A stretch of DNA of 64,000 bases, from positions 7,789 to 71,788 of the forward strand of contig JAIKXH010000161.1 of the NCBI GenBank assembly GCA_024684215.1, read 5' to 3'. The position numbers and the translations under genes were made by a program. Positions 53,240 through 63,792 of this stretch are shown here, piece by piece. The notes under the pieces were generated by a model that saw nothing but the letters and a program-made list of their open reading frames with translations, was not told the DNA's origin and ran no database searches. Position 1 is the stretch's first letter. Each line of letters opens with the position of its first letter. Origin of the DNA: Lachnospiraceae bacterium. GTDB taxonomy: Bacteria > Bacillota > Clostridia > Lachnospirales > Lachnospiraceae.

Positions 53240-54847
53240 TTATTTGAATCTATGTATCCTTGTCTTTTTGGGAGTCATGCTTTTTGTAACTCTTCTGCGC
53301 CCCGTACTTCTTCTTTTTCTCTCTGCTTTAAATTCAGCTTTATGTCTTTTTGCTTCCTCATGTATTCCGACATGACGAACTTTATTCTTTCTCTTTCTTC
53401 TCTCTCTTCTCCAGTTTGCACGCCAGTTTGGATGAAGTTTGCGGTATCTTACTATTGCTCTTATAAGCAAAAACAATAGTGTCCCGCCACCCCCGAATAT
53501 GAGAACATACCTGGCTATCTTTACAATATTGATAAAGATAACTCTCTGCTCCTTGGGTATGACAATCTCTTCTTTTTCAGCACTGACCGATGCAGGCATT
53601 TCGTCGAATTTATATGTGACATTATCATTAGAATCCGCGAAATCAACCGACGCCGTTCCAAGATATCTTCCGTGATACGAATATGTTATGATAGCTGCCT
53701 CTGTATCACTGTCCGTTTCATAAGATATCTCTGACTCTATATCCGAGAAAGGTACTGTTTTCGGCAGAATAATATAATCATTTTTATTGAGTGCCAAAAT
53801 AGGCTCCGAGTTTCCGAATACATCTACACCGGTATAGTACGACCCCTTTGTGCTTATGTTGTAGCGTGTTTCTGTTTCGGAGATATTTACTTTATCAAAA
53901 TTTGAAAAACCGTAATCAAAAAGTGAAATAGTATCTAAATACTGATATGAATCCACATCGTTCATAACAACGCAAATAAGTCTCATTCCATCCTTCTCTG
54001 CGCCGCTCACAAGGCAGTACCCTGCATCTTCGGTATGCCCTGTTTTTCCGCCTATGAAATACTCATACTCATATTTTTTACCTTTTACCATCTGGTTGGT
54101 AGTGTTCTCGATTATTTCATCCTTTTGTTTTGCCGAAGGATAAATATGGAGCCTTGGCATGACGGAAATATTCCTGAGAGTTTCATTTTCCAAAAAAGCT
54201 CTTCCGATAAGGGCCAAATCATATGCACTCGTGTAATGATTTTCATCGGGCAATCCGTTTGGATTTACAAAATTAGATTCTACGCATCCAAGCTCTGCAG
54301 CCTTTTCATTCATCATTTTTGAAAAGGTTTCTCTGTCGCCTCCGACATGCTCGGCAAGAGCAAATGAACACTCATTTGCACTTCTTATGAGAATAGCCTG
54401 CAAGCACTCATAAACCGTGAGTTCCTCACCGGGGTCTATCGCGACATGGTTTGAATTTCTCGGAGTGTCAAATACTGCATCATAAGAGAAACTCACCACT
54501 TCGGATTGTTCACAGTTTTCGGCAGCTATAAGACAGGTCAGCATCTTCGTGGTAGATGCGGGATACTCCTTAAGGTGTATATTTTTTTCGTAAAGAATCA
54601 TTCCTGTACCCGCGTCCATAACTATAGCTGCCTCTGCCGAAACCTCAGGCCCCTGAGGCCAGTTTCGGGTTTCATTTGAAGCCACGGTCATAGCTTTATG
54701 CAAAGCCATCTTATCTTCATCACTATCCGCATAAGACAAAAGGGGACAGATTTCTGCCCCTGTAAAAACAGCTATAATAAGAGTTATTGCGGCTCTTATT
54801 ATCTGTAATTGTAATTTATTTTTTTTCTCTCTAAATCTCTTACTCAA
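53240..54847 (-). CDS. D-alanyl-D-alanine carboxypeptidase (S11, PBP5/DacB-like) with C-terminal TM and long basic tail
   Basis: 535-aa ORF with SxxK (PASTTKMLT), SxN (IRSANE) and KTG (GGKTGHT). A C-terminal TM is followed by a ~70-aa K/R-rich tail. Confidence 0.85.
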   Translation of the reverse strand: MSKRFREKKNKLQLQIIRAAITLIIAVFTGAEICPLLSYADSDEDKMALHKAMTVASNETRNWPQGPEVSAEAAIVMDAGTGMILYEKNIHLKEYPASTTKMLTCLIAAENCEQSEVVSFSYDAVFDTPRNSNHVAIDPGEELTVYECLQAILIRSANECSFALAEHVGGDRETFSKMMNEKAAELGCVESNFVNPNGLPDENHYTSAYDLALIGRAFLENETLRNISVMPRLHIYPSAKQKDEIIENTTNQMVKGKKYEYEYFIGGKTGHTEDAGYCLVSGAEKDGMRLICVVMNDVDSYQYLDTISLFDYGFSNFDKVNISETETRYNISTKGSYYTGVDVFGNSEPILALNKNDYIILPKTVPFSDIESEISYETDSDTEAAIITYSYHGRYLGTASVDFADSNDNVTYKFDEMPASVSAEKEEIVIPKEQRVIFINIVKIARYVLIFGGGGTLLFLLIRAIVRYRKLHPNWRANWRRERRKRKNKVRHVGIHEEAKRHKAEFKAERKRRSTGRRRVTKSMTPKKTRIHRFK

Positions 54848-55550
54848 ACTTAAACCACTTTTTTATATTCTTGCCGACAAATTCTATAACAGGTCCCAGT
54901 GTAAGTGCCATTAAGATCGTTGCAATGTACCACTTGCTTCCGAATGCAAAAGCTATAAGGATAAGTATCACATCATAAATAATCCTGACAACCTTTATGG
55001 GAAGCTTCTTTATCTTTGACTGTACCATAAAAGGAATAGCGTCGCACGGGGAAACTCCGAGTCCGGAAAGCATATACAAGGCTGCAAAGAATACAAAAGC
55101 AGCCAATGCAACTATAAGTACGATTATTCGTATATACAGATAATCATTTGAAAAATGCGGCGTTACTTTAGAAATGCCATCGGTAGTTTCAGGATATTCA
55201 AATATCTTGGCCGGTAATATCTTTATCCAAAGCCATGTAAAAAAGTCACATAAATATCCGATAAAAACCATGTTTGCAACTGTACCGAAGCCTATATTGT
55301 CCGCCCCTAAAAGTATCACGGTTATGAGCAGTACAATATTCAGAATCAATTGCCAGGTTCCCAGAGAGAGACCAATCTTTGAGCTTATCGCCAGGTTCAT
55401 ATTGGTGAAAGTATCCGTTCCCCAATCGACCAGCCTAAGCCAGGAAAGAGTAAATCCCATCATAAAAACACCAAGGAGCATGGGCGGAAGCTGCCTTTTG
55501 AGATTCTTCCCTTTGTAAAAGCCCAAAATAAGCGACTTTATCTTATTCAT
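54840..55550 (-). CDS. polytopic membrane protein of unknown function (YczE/YitT-like)
   Basis: 236-aa ORF with about 6 hydrophobic segments. Its stop overlaps the carboxypeptidase start by 8 nt. Confidence 0.55.
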   Translation of the reverse strand: MNKIKSLILGFYKGKNLKRQLPPMLLGVFMMGFTLSWLRLVDWGTDTFTNMNLAISSKIGLSLGTWQLILNIVLLITVILLGADNIGFGTVANMVFIGYLCDFFTWLWIKILPAKIFEYPETTDGISKVTPHFSNDYLYIRIIVLIVALAAFVFFAALYMLSGLGVSPCDAIPFMVQSKIKKLPIKVVRIIYDVILILIAFAFGSKWYIATILMALTLGPVIEFVGKNIKKWFKFE

Positions 55551-55641
55551 TTTATTAATTCCTATCTACTTGTTATGATTTCCCCGGCCCTGTACAAAGC
55601 ACAATACACGGGCTGTCAAAAGACAACCCGTGTCATAATAA

Positions 55642-57843
55642 TTACATTTCAGAATTTGAAAATCTGCCTAAATTTTTCCCGTCGTCGGGTGAAGGCGGTG
55701 CCTGCCATCTGTCTTCGGAATTCTCTGTATCATCCTTTCCAAAGATTACTTTTTCTTCAGGCTCTTCACTGTCACCATCGGTTACCTCGGGCTCATCCGC
55801 TTTGGTTTCACCATTAGATTCATCATCTTTAGCCTTTTCTTCTTCGGGATCGGGCAGCCCCTTCTCCGCGCGGAATATCTTCATGAATTCCTTGCCTGTG
55901 ATGGTTTCTTTTTCAATGAGGAAAGCCGCAATCTTATCCATGATATCGATGTTTTCTCTTAGCATCGAAAGAGCCTTTTCATAGCTCTCTTTGAGAACGT
56001 TTGAAATCTCTTCATCGATAAGTGCCGCTGTCTGATCTGAACAGTTAAGCTCGATGCGTCCGTCTAAGTATCTGCTCTCGACCGAAGCAAGCGCCATAAG
56101 ACCAAACTTCTTGCTCATTCCGTATCTGGTGATCATATCGCGAACCAAATCGGTTGCCTTTTCTATATCATTGGCAGCACCGGTGGTTACTGAGTCAAAC
56201 ATAATCTCCTCGGCGGCACGTCCTCCGAGAAGGCTTACTATTCTGTCCTTTAATTCAGCTTCACTGTTAAGATACTTTTCTTCCTCGGGAACATTCATAA
56301 CATAGCCGAGTGCTCCCATGGTTCTGGGAACTATAGTGATCTTTTGTACAGGGTCTGAATTTTTCTGGAGAGCACTGATGAGCGCGTGACCCACCTCATG
56401 GTAGGAGACGATCTTTCTCTCTTCGGGGCTCATTATGCGGTCTTTCTTTTCCTTGCCGACAAGAACCTGCTCAACAGCGGCAAAAAGATCCTGCTGATTA
56501 ACGTATTCTCTTTTTTCCTTAACAGCATTAATTGCAGCCTCGTTAATCATGTTTGCAAGGTCGGAACCAACCGCACCGCTTGTTGCAAGCGCAATGGCAT
56601 CAAGGTCAACCGATTCATCCATCTTGACGTCTTTAGAATGAACTTTTAAGATTTCGACTCTTCCCTTTAAATCGGGCTTGTCAACGATTATACGTCTGTC
56701 AAAACGTCCCGGACGAAGAAGTGCCTTGTCAAGTATCTCCGGTCTGTTGGTAGCTCCAAGGATCAAAATACCCTTTGAAGAATCGAAACCGTCCATCTCA
56801 GAAAGCAACTGGTTTAAAGTCTGCTCTCTTTCCTCGTTTCCGCCGCCATACTTAGAGTCACGGCTTCGTCCGATGGCATCAATCTCGTCGATAAATATAA
56901 TACAGGGAGCGTTTTTATTTGCTTCCTTGAAAAGGTCTCTTACACGTGAGGCTCCGACACCGACATAAAGTTCAATGAAATCCGAACCTGTAAGTGAAAA
57001 GAAAGGTACATGTGCTTCGCCGGCAACAGCTTTTGCAAGAAGAGTTTTACCCGTTCCGGGAGGGCCTACAAGCAGTGCTCCCTTGGGTAATCTCGCGCCG
57101 ATCTTCGTGTACTTGGAAGGATCGTGCAAGAAGTCTACAACCTCGACAAGTGATTCCTTTGCCTCATCTTCGCCGGCCACGTCAGCGAATGTAACTCCTG
57201 TCTCTTTTTGAACATAAACCTTTGCATTGCTCTTTCCAACGCCCAAAGGCCCGCCGGAGCCGCCCATTCTGCGCATAAAGAACATTGCTATAAGCCAGAG
57301 AAGAGCCACGGGAAGTATCACACCGACAAGAATCTCGGTAAATATTCCGGAGCTGTTGCTTACGACTCTCTTACCGACTACGTTATGCTCTACAAGTCTT
57401 GGTACAAGCATTTCAAAAGTATCCATGACATATGTCTGATACTTTAACTCATTCTCAAGCTGATAGGAATACTGAAGCTGTGCAAGGCCCGATTTCTCAG
57501 TCATTTCCTTTACGGTATCTTCATCGATAACAGCCTCTTTCTTTAAGGTAACTGTCATAAGCGCCTTTTCGGCGTTAAGCTCTATCGATTCTACCTTGTC
57601 ATTTTCAAGATCCTTTAAAAACTCGGTATATTCCTTTTCCTCGTATGTTCTGTCTCCGCTGAAAAACATATTGTAAATCAGAAATCCGAAAGCAACGAGA
57701 ATAAGTATAAATATGATAAACATCCAACCGCCGGGACGACCTTGCTGGTTATTCTTACCACCGCCGCGATTATTTCCGTTTCCGGGTCCGCCGTTACCTG
57801 ATCCACCGGGTCCGTTTTCGTACTCGTTTAAATTATTATCCAT
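55642..57843 (-). CDS. ftsH: ATP-dependent zinc metalloprotease FtsH
   Basis: 733-aa ORF with Walker A GPPGTGKT, an SRH region and the zinc motif HEVGHA. It has a Gly/Asn-rich N-terminus and an acidic C-terminal extension. Confidence 0.95.
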   Translation of the reverse strand: MDNNLNEYENGPGGSGNGGPGNGNNRGGGKNNQQGRPGGWMFIIFILILVAFGFLIYNMFFSGDRTYEEKEYTEFLKDLENDKVESIELNAEKALMTVTLKKEAVIDEDTVKEMTEKSGLAQLQYSYQLENELKYQTYVMDTFEMLVPRLVEHNVVGKRVVSNSSGIFTEILVGVILPVALLWLIAMFFMRRMGGSGGPLGVGKSNAKVYVQKETGVTFADVAGEDEAKESLVEVVDFLHDPSKYTKIGARLPKGALLVGPPGTGKTLLAKAVAGEAHVPFFSLTGSDFIELYVGVGASRVRDLFKEANKNAPCIIFIDEIDAIGRSRDSKYGGGNEEREQTLNQLLSEMDGFDSSKGILILGATNRPEILDKALLRPGRFDRRIIVDKPDLKGRVEILKVHSKDVKMDESVDLDAIALATSGAVGSDLANMINEAAINAVKEKREYVNQQDLFAAVEQVLVGKEKKDRIMSPEERKIVSYHEVGHALISALQKNSDPVQKITIVPRTMGALGYVMNVPEEEKYLNSEAELKDRIVSLLGGRAAEEIMFDSVTTGAANDIEKATDLVRDMITRYGMSKKFGLMALASVESRYLDGRIELNCSDQTAALIDEEISNVLKESYEKALSMLRENIDIMDKIAAFLIEKETITGKEFMKIFRAEKGLPDPEEEKAKDDESNGETKADEPEVTDGDSEEPEEKVIFGKDDTENSEDRWQAPPSPDDGKNLGRFSNSEM

Positions 57844-58004
57844 TTAAGTTCCTCTGCCAGAATATTTTAAAAACCGTGGTACTTATCCTTGTAAGCACCT
57901 GTATCATTAATTATATTTACAGAAAAATTATTAGGCAATACTTATTTTATGAAAAAACAATGAAATCTCTGGGTCTTTTTAATAAAATTCCCCGTTTCTC
58001 CACT

Positions 58005-60554
58005 TTATTCACCGGTAGCTGTTTCTGCTCCTTCGGTTCCCTCGGCGCCTTGCGTATTTTCAGTGGTCTCGGCTCCTTCCGCATTTTCAGCGGCTGCAGC
58101 TGCCTCTTCGGCCTTTTTCTGTGCTGCTGCAGCAGCTTCAGCGGCTTCCTTTGCCGCCTGATTATCATAGTCAGATTTGTAAAGATTTTCTCTTTCTGTT
58201 TCGGCGTTAATCTCCTCTTCCGTCATAAATCCGCTGTTCTGCCATACATAAAACCAATAGTTATTTTTTAGCATCTGAAGAGACGCCGAATATTCACTCT
58301 CCGTATAATCAAGCATAGCATCGAGGTAAGTTTTTTTCCTGTCATCGGAAAATCCGTTCATCGCGTCAGACCAAATCGCTTTTCCGCTTCTTTTATCATA
58401 TTTAACGTACTCTGTGATAAAGCTTCCGTTGTATAATCTTGCTCTGTGGACGCCGTTTGAAAAAACATCCGTACCCATAAGGAGCCTTGAATCGTATTCA
58501 ATGTTAAACAAATTAAGTACCGTCGGAAGAATATCCACATTACAGCAATACTCATCGCTGACGATTGGCTCATCCAAACCTGCATTATATATAATGCAGG
58601 TAGAATGATATTGCTCAAATGTCGAATCCATCGGTTCGCCGCCGTTTAACTCGGTCCTTGCCGAATCAGGCAAGAAATAGGGGAAATGGTCTCCAATCAA
58701 GACTATGACCGTGTTGTCAAGTTTTCCCGCATCTTCCAAACGTGAAAGCAGATACTCCATTCCGAGCTCTAATTCATATTCACCACAGAAATATCCCAAA
58801 ATTGCATTGTCCGAATATTTCTCTCCTGCAAGTTCTTTAACTTTCTCGATATTTTTCTTATACATGCTGTTGCTTGCGCCGTATGGTCCGTGACCGGAGA
58901 ATGTCATGTAATATGCATGAAAGCAATCGTCGTTTATATAGTCGTCAACAGACTGCTCAAAGAGCTCCAGATCCGACGCCGGCCAGCTGGAGGTAAATTC
59001 CATGCCCTCGCCCATAAATTTGATATTCTCATATCCCAAATTGGGCCATGAATGGTCTCTCCAATAATAATTTCCGTAATAATTGTGATAAGCATATGCC
59101 TTATCACCCTTTTCATTAAAGAAATCTCCTAGGCCAAAAGGCATAAACTTACTTGCGGATTGTGCAAATGAGCCCGCTACCGTTCCGCTGTCGGCTATTC
59201 TCGATACATCCGGCCAATAGCTCGTCGTAAATGCATACTCACCATTGGTTGTCGTATTGGGGAAACTGTTATAGAAATTGTTGAGCACAATTCCGTTTGT
59301 GGACATTTTATAGAGGGTTGGTGTAATATCCGGGTCAATTCCGTAATTGGAAAAAGCCTCTCCGCAAATGTATATCAGATTGTACCCTTCAAACAAACCG
59401 GTTTGTTCGTTTGTCTTTGTCGGTTTCTTTGATCCGAAATAACTGCATAAATCAATTATGGCCTGGTCGGCAGTACCCGATGCAAGTGCCTCAAAATCAA
59501 TATTTTCATTTATATGAGGTTCGGGTACAAACCTCTCCTTGTAATCCATAACTATTGTTGCGGGTTTTTCTTCTTTTGCCTGCTCATCTTCGAGGTTAAG
59601 CGCATCTTCATTAACCGCAGCAAGAGCTATCTCGTCAGACTTTCCTATTCCAAAATAGTACGAACCGGTCTCAACAACGGATGTGGCCAGAGTACCGATT
59701 CTCTCGGCAGTAGTATCGGTGTCCGACATAGCATCGCTCAAAACATAATATGCTGAGCCTCTGTCTGTTCCTAAGATTCTGAGAGAATATGTCGCTCCAA
59801 TCCACAATAGTACAGCAGCTATCATCATAACCAGATGCAGTCTTCTTGAGTAGCCTCTTCCCCACAGGACATTTTTGTCTTTTCCCTTTACAAGCTTTGT
59901 AAAAGACAAAACGGCTGATGCAATTACTGGGATTAAAATTATAATGAGCATCCATAGCGACTCAATTACAACATCTTTTAATGCCCATCCGAAATTACCG
60001 ACGGCCTCGGTTCCCATCCCGAGCATACTTACGGAAATGAGCGAACCAAATATACGGTAATAAATCAGCTGAATTGAATAAAACAAAGCAGGAATCAAAG
60101 TAAGTACAATACTTGCGATTTTATTAATAATAGTGCGCTTTTTATGGACTCCGCAAAAAGCCGTAAAAAGCATCGCTTCCGCAGGAACAAAGAAAAACAT
60201 TCCCACATTTGTAACTCCTATACCATGGGAAATCTGAAGCCTCATAAAGACTTCCCAAAAGATAAAACTCACAAAGAAAAATCCGAAATAAAGCGCAAAG
60301 TTCTTTATTCCCAGATCATATTTTTCATCATCCTCAGGCTCTTCTTCAAGGATAACTATATCCTCTTCCTCTATTCCCTCGGATTCATAGGCGATATCGT
60401 CCATGATTTCTTCGGTGATTTCTTCAGTAACCTCAGTGTTTGCAACGACCTGAGTTTCTCTGATCTGAGTTCCTGCAGCTTTATTATTTCCGCTTTTAGC
60501 GTATTTATATTTTCTTTTTTTGTTTTTGTATTTTTTTCCCATAGTAAAACCCAC
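58005..60554 (-). CDS. LTA synthase/sulfatase-family membrane enzyme with extended termini
   Basis: 849-aa ORF with a basic/acidic N-terminal extension, about 5 TM segments, an extracellular sulfatase-like domain and an Ala/Glu-rich tail. The ORF opens at GTG 60554, and ATG 60542 (MGKKYKNKK) is an equally plausible start. Confidence 0.8.
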   Translation of the reverse strand: MGFTMGKKYKNKKRKYKYAKSGNNKAAGTQIRETQVVANTEVTEEITEEIMDDIAYESEGIEEEDIVILEEEPEDDEKYDLGIKNFALYFGFFFVSFIFWEVFMRLQISHGIGVTNVGMFFFVPAEAMLFTAFCGVHKKRTIINKIASIVLTLIPALFYSIQLIYYRIFGSLISVSMLGMGTEAVGNFGWALKDVVIESLWMLIIILIPVIASAVLSFTKLVKGKDKNVLWGRGYSRRLHLVMMIAAVLLWIGATYSLRILGTDRGSAYYVLSDAMSDTDTTAERIGTLATSVVETGSYYFGIGKSDEIALAAVNEDALNLEDEQAKEEKPATIVMDYKERFVPEPHINENIDFEALASGTADQAIIDLCSYFGSKKPTKTNEQTGLFEGYNLIYICGEAFSNYGIDPDITPTLYKMSTNGIVLNNFYNSFPNTTTNGEYAFTTSYWPDVSRIADSGTVAGSFAQSASKFMPFGLGDFFNEKGDKAYAYHNYYGNYYWRDHSWPNLGYENIKFMGEGMEFTSSWPASDLELFEQSVDDYINDDCFHAYYMTFSGHGPYGASNSMYKKNIEKVKELAGEKYSDNAILGYFCGEYELELGMEYLLSRLEDAGKLDNTVIVLIGDHFPYFLPDSARTELNGGEPMDSTFEQYHSTCIIYNAGLDEPIVSDEYCCNVDILPTVLNLFNIEYDSRLLMGTDVFSNGVHRARLYNGSFITEYVKYDKRSGKAIWSDAMNGFSDDRKKTYLDAMLDYTESEYSASLQMLKNNYWFYVWQNSGFMTEEEINAETERENLYKSDYDNQAAKEAAEAAAAAQKKAEEAAAAAENAEGAETTENTQGAEGTEGAETATGE

Positions 60555-60666
60555 AAAACGCTGTCAACTACATTCTTCAAAATGTTAATTATACAGTATT
60601 TTGTGGGTTTTTTCATTGAGTAATATTACTAAATAATTCGCTGTAACCGGCCTTTTTTTGCTTTGG

Positions 60667-61254
60667 TTATAAGTAATACCCATTATTTTTAATTATTTGT
60701 GCGGCTTTTTGTGGGACAAATTCGCCTATATCCTCTCCGTTTTGCGTCTTAATTCTTATATCCGTGGAGGAAATATCTATATCCGGAAATTCCATAATAT
60801 GTATTATCCCGCCAAATCTCTCCTGCAGACCATCCGCGATTTTACGCATAACTTTACACTCGATACCGTCTCTTGATGCTGCAATTATTTCACAATTTGC
60901 AAGAATTCTTTCAGGATTACGCCAATTGTGGAAATTTTCAAGGCAATCATACCCTAAAATGAAGTAAAATCTGTCATTTTTGAATGTTTTGTTTAAATAT
61001 TCAAAAGTGTCGCAAGAATAAGTAGGTTTCTCCCCGTCTGCCTCAAGCAATGAAATTTCAAACTCATCGCCCAATGCAGCCTCAAGAATTTTTACACGGT
61101 CTGAAAACGGGAGCATTTCATGCTTTAGATAAGGATTCCCTGCAGGCATAAACACCACCTTGTCAAGCCCAAAGCATTCCTTTGCACATCTTGCCAGCAT
61201 TATATGTCCGTTGTGTACAGGATTAAATGATCCGCCCAATACGCCTATTTTCAT
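60667..61254 (-). CDS. nadD: nicotinate-nucleotide adenylyltransferase
   Basis: 195-aa ORF with GGSFNPVHNGH (the HxGH motif) and a C-terminal SSTDIR. Confidence 0.9.
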   Translation of the reverse strand: MKIGVLGGSFNPVHNGHIMLARCAKECFGLDKVVFMPAGNPYLKHEMLPFSDRVKILEAALGDEFEISLLEADGEKPTYSCDTFEYLNKTFKNDRFYFILGYDCLENFHNWRNPERILANCEIIAASRDGIECKVMRKIADGLQERFGGIIHIMEFPDIDISSTDIRIKTQNGEDIGEFVPQKAAQIIKNNGYYL

Positions 61255-61267
61255 GCCCTACCGCCGT

Positions 61268-62293
61268 TTACTTTTTTCTTTCAAACTCCTTGGCCTTTTT
61301 TTCCGCTTCCTTGCGCTTTCTGCGAAGTTCTTCAGCCCTTGCGGACTTTTCCTGGAGTCTTATAAGGCCATCGTTTTCAATAGGTTTAACTATTTTAATC
61401 ACGCAAACCGTATCATCATCATATTTATGTATGCGAATACGGTTTTTGATAAGTCCGTGCACATCACATACACCTGCTGCCATAAATTGCTTGCCGTTGG
61501 GCGAGAACCATCCGATACGTTTTTTTATCGGCTTTCCGCATTTAGTGCAGACAATTGACATGACACTTTTGTCAGTAAGTGCGCTCTCCCTGTTTTTAAA
61601 CACGTGAGTGATTTGCTTTGAATAGGTTCCAAAGTCAATAAACACTTCATCTTCTTTGGTTTTAGGCGGGAAGGTAACATCAAAAGAAACAAACTTTAAT
61701 ACCTCAGGATGTTCCTTTGCAATTTTGGTCATTATCTTGGCCGTGTAGTATGCGTCGCCAAAGGCTCTGTGAAAAGGTATGTCTTTCTCAATCCCCAATG
61801 CATCAACAGCTCTTTCAAGGCTGATCCTGTTATGAGGATCTTTGTCAAAAGATAATGCATACAGCTTCTGTACATCAATATATCTGACAGGTCCGTCATT
61901 TAGAAGTTCTTTTCCAAAAAACTTAAGATTTCTCTGAAGCTCCGTAATATCCGACGGGCCCCAAGTGCACATAAGTGCGTCTTCTCCACACCACTCTTTG
62001 AATTTATCCGAGATAGTTGTAAATTTTCCGCCTCTTGAAAGCTCATCCATCTGTATATGGATTATCTTGCTGGTAATATGATACAGCCTGGGATAGACAA
62101 TAGGCTTTATGAGTTCGGAAAACTCGCTTACCATCTCATATTCTTCATTCAGTTTTATAGCGCCTATTTCTATTATCTCAAAGGGAAGCTTAGCTACCTC
62201 CGGCTCTCTGCCGGTACTGCTCTGATTCCATTCAAGATCCAGTACAATCAAACCCATATAGTCTCCTAAAGCTCTCCCCGCCTCACGACACAT
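61268..62293 (-). CDS. DEDDh 3'-5' exonuclease-domain protein (KapD-like) with C-terminal Cys-containing domain and K/E-rich tail
   Basis: 341-aa ORF with Exo I VLDLEWN and a later H-x4-D context (FHRAFGDAYY). The C-terminal region contains CTKCGK and CDVHG. Confidence 0.75.
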   Translation of the reverse strand: MCREAGRALGDYMGLIVLDLEWNQSSTGREPEVAKLPFEIIEIGAIKLNEEYEMVSEFSELIKPIVYPRLYHITSKIIHIQMDELSRGGKFTTISDKFKEWCGEDALMCTWGPSDITELQRNLKFFGKELLNDGPVRYIDVQKLYALSFDKDPHNRISLERAVDALGIEKDIPFHRAFGDAYYTAKIMTKIAKEHPEVLKFVSFDVTFPPKTKEDEVFIDFGTYSKQITHVFKNRESALTDKSVMSIVCTKCGKPIKKRIGWFSPNGKQFMAAGVCDVHGLIKNRIRIHKYDDDTVCVIKIVKPIENDGLIRLQEKSARAEELRRKRKEAEKKAKEFERKK

Positions 62294-62317
62294 ATCATTC
62301 TAATATTATCGAAACTA

Positions 62318-63751
62318 TTAATATGCCTTGCCCCAATAGATCATCTTCTTTGCAGGCTTTCCGCAGCATACGCAGGTATCCCCGAGATTTTCCTGTGCAA
62401 AAGGAGCGCAGCGGCTGGTAACAGCAAGCTTTTCTTTGATGGTATCTTCACACGCTCTGTCACCGCACCACATAGCCTTTACAAATCCGGTAGTCTCAGA
62501 GAAGATCTTTTCCATCTCTTCCATATTGTGAGCCACGTATGTGTGAGCATCTCTGTGCTTTCTTGCGCGCTCTAACATGTCATTCTGGATGGTCTCTAAA
62601 AGCTCGGGAACCTTTGTATTAATATCTGAAATTGCAATTTCAATCTTTTCTCTGGTATCTCTGCGGACAAGTACGCACTTACCTTCCTCGATATCGCGAG
62701 GTCCGATTTCAATACGGATGGGATATCCTCTCATCTCTGCCTCGGCAAACTTAAATCCGGGGGTCTTGTCGGTATCATCAACCTTGACGCGGCAGATTCC
62801 CTTAAGTCCTTCAGCTATCTCGTTAGCCTTATCGAGAACTCCCTCTTTCTTTTGCTGAATAGGGATCACGCAAACCTGGATGGGCGCAACCTTCGGAGGC
62901 ATAACAAGACCCTCGTTGTCACCGTGAGTCATGATGATTGCTCCGATAAGTCTGGTTGTCATACCCCATGAAGTCTGATGAACATATTTTAATGTATTGT
63001 CCTTATCGGCAAACTGAATGCCAAAAGCTTTTGCGAATCCGTCACCGAAATTGTGGCTTGTTCCGGACTGAAGAGCTTTTCCGTCGTGCATAAGTGCCTC
63101 GATGGTATATGTAGCTACCGCACCCGCAAATTTTTCTTTATCAGTCTTTTGTCCCCTTACAACAGGAATGGCAAGAACCTGCTCGCAGAAATCAGCATAG
63201 ATATTGAGCATCTGGATGGTTCTCTCCTGTGCTTCCTCGGCTGTAGCGTGAGCGGTATGACCTTCCTGCCAGAGGAATTCTCTTGAACGAAGGAAAGGTC
63301 TTGTCTCTTTTTCCCAGCGCACCACAGAGCACCATTGGTTATATACCTTGGGAAGGTCTCTGTATGAGTGAATATCATTTTTATAAAAATCACAGAAAAG
63401 AGTTTCGGAAGTTGGGCGCACGCACATACGCTCGGAGAGAGGTTCCAGTCCTCCATGTGTAACCCATGCAACCTCAGGCGCAAATCCCTCTACATGATCC
63501 TTCTCCTTTTGAAGAAGTGACTCGGGAATGAACATAGGAAGGTATACATTCTGTACACCTGTCTCTTTAAAGCGCTCATCAAGCTGCTTTTGGATAAGTT
63601 CCCAAATTGCATATCCTGCAGGCTTAATAACCATGCATCCTTTAACAGATGTATAATCAATAAGTTCTGCTTTTTTCACTATGTCAGTGTACCACTGTGC
63701 AAAGTCCACATCCATTGATGTGATTTCTTCAACCATTTTCTTGTCTGCCAT
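62318..63751 (-). CDS. proS: proline--tRNA ligase (archaeal/eukaryote-like short form)
   Basis: 477-aa ORF with a class II core, no bacterial INS editing insertion and the C-terminal zinc-binding domain ending [18 protein letters not shown]. Confidence 0.95.
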   Translation of the reverse strand: MADKKMVEEITSMDVDFAQWYTDIVKKAELIDYTSVKGCMVIKPAGYAIWELIQKQLDERFKETGVQNVYLPMFIPESLLQKEKDHVEGFAPEVAWVTHGGLEPLSERMCVRPTSETLFCDFYKNDIHSYRDLPKVYNQWCSVVRWEKETRPFLRSREFLWQEGHTAHATAEEAQERTIQMLNIYADFCEQVLAIPVVRGQKTDKEKFAGAVATYTIEALMHDGKALQSGTSHNFGDGFAKAFGIQFADKDNTLKYVHQTSWGMTTRLIGAIIMTHGDNEGLVMPPKVAPIQVCVIPIQQKKEGVLDKANEIAEGLKGICRVKVDDTDKTPGFKFAEAEMRGYPIRIEIGPRDIEEGKCVLVRRDTREKIEIAISDINTKVPELLETIQNDMLERARKHRDAHTYVAHNMEEMEKIFSETTGFVKAMWCGDRACEDTIKEKLAVTSRCAPFAQENLGDTCVCCGKPAKKMIYWGKAY

Positions 63752-63792
63752 TTCTATTCTCCTATATACTTTGGACCGCGACTAACCATCGC

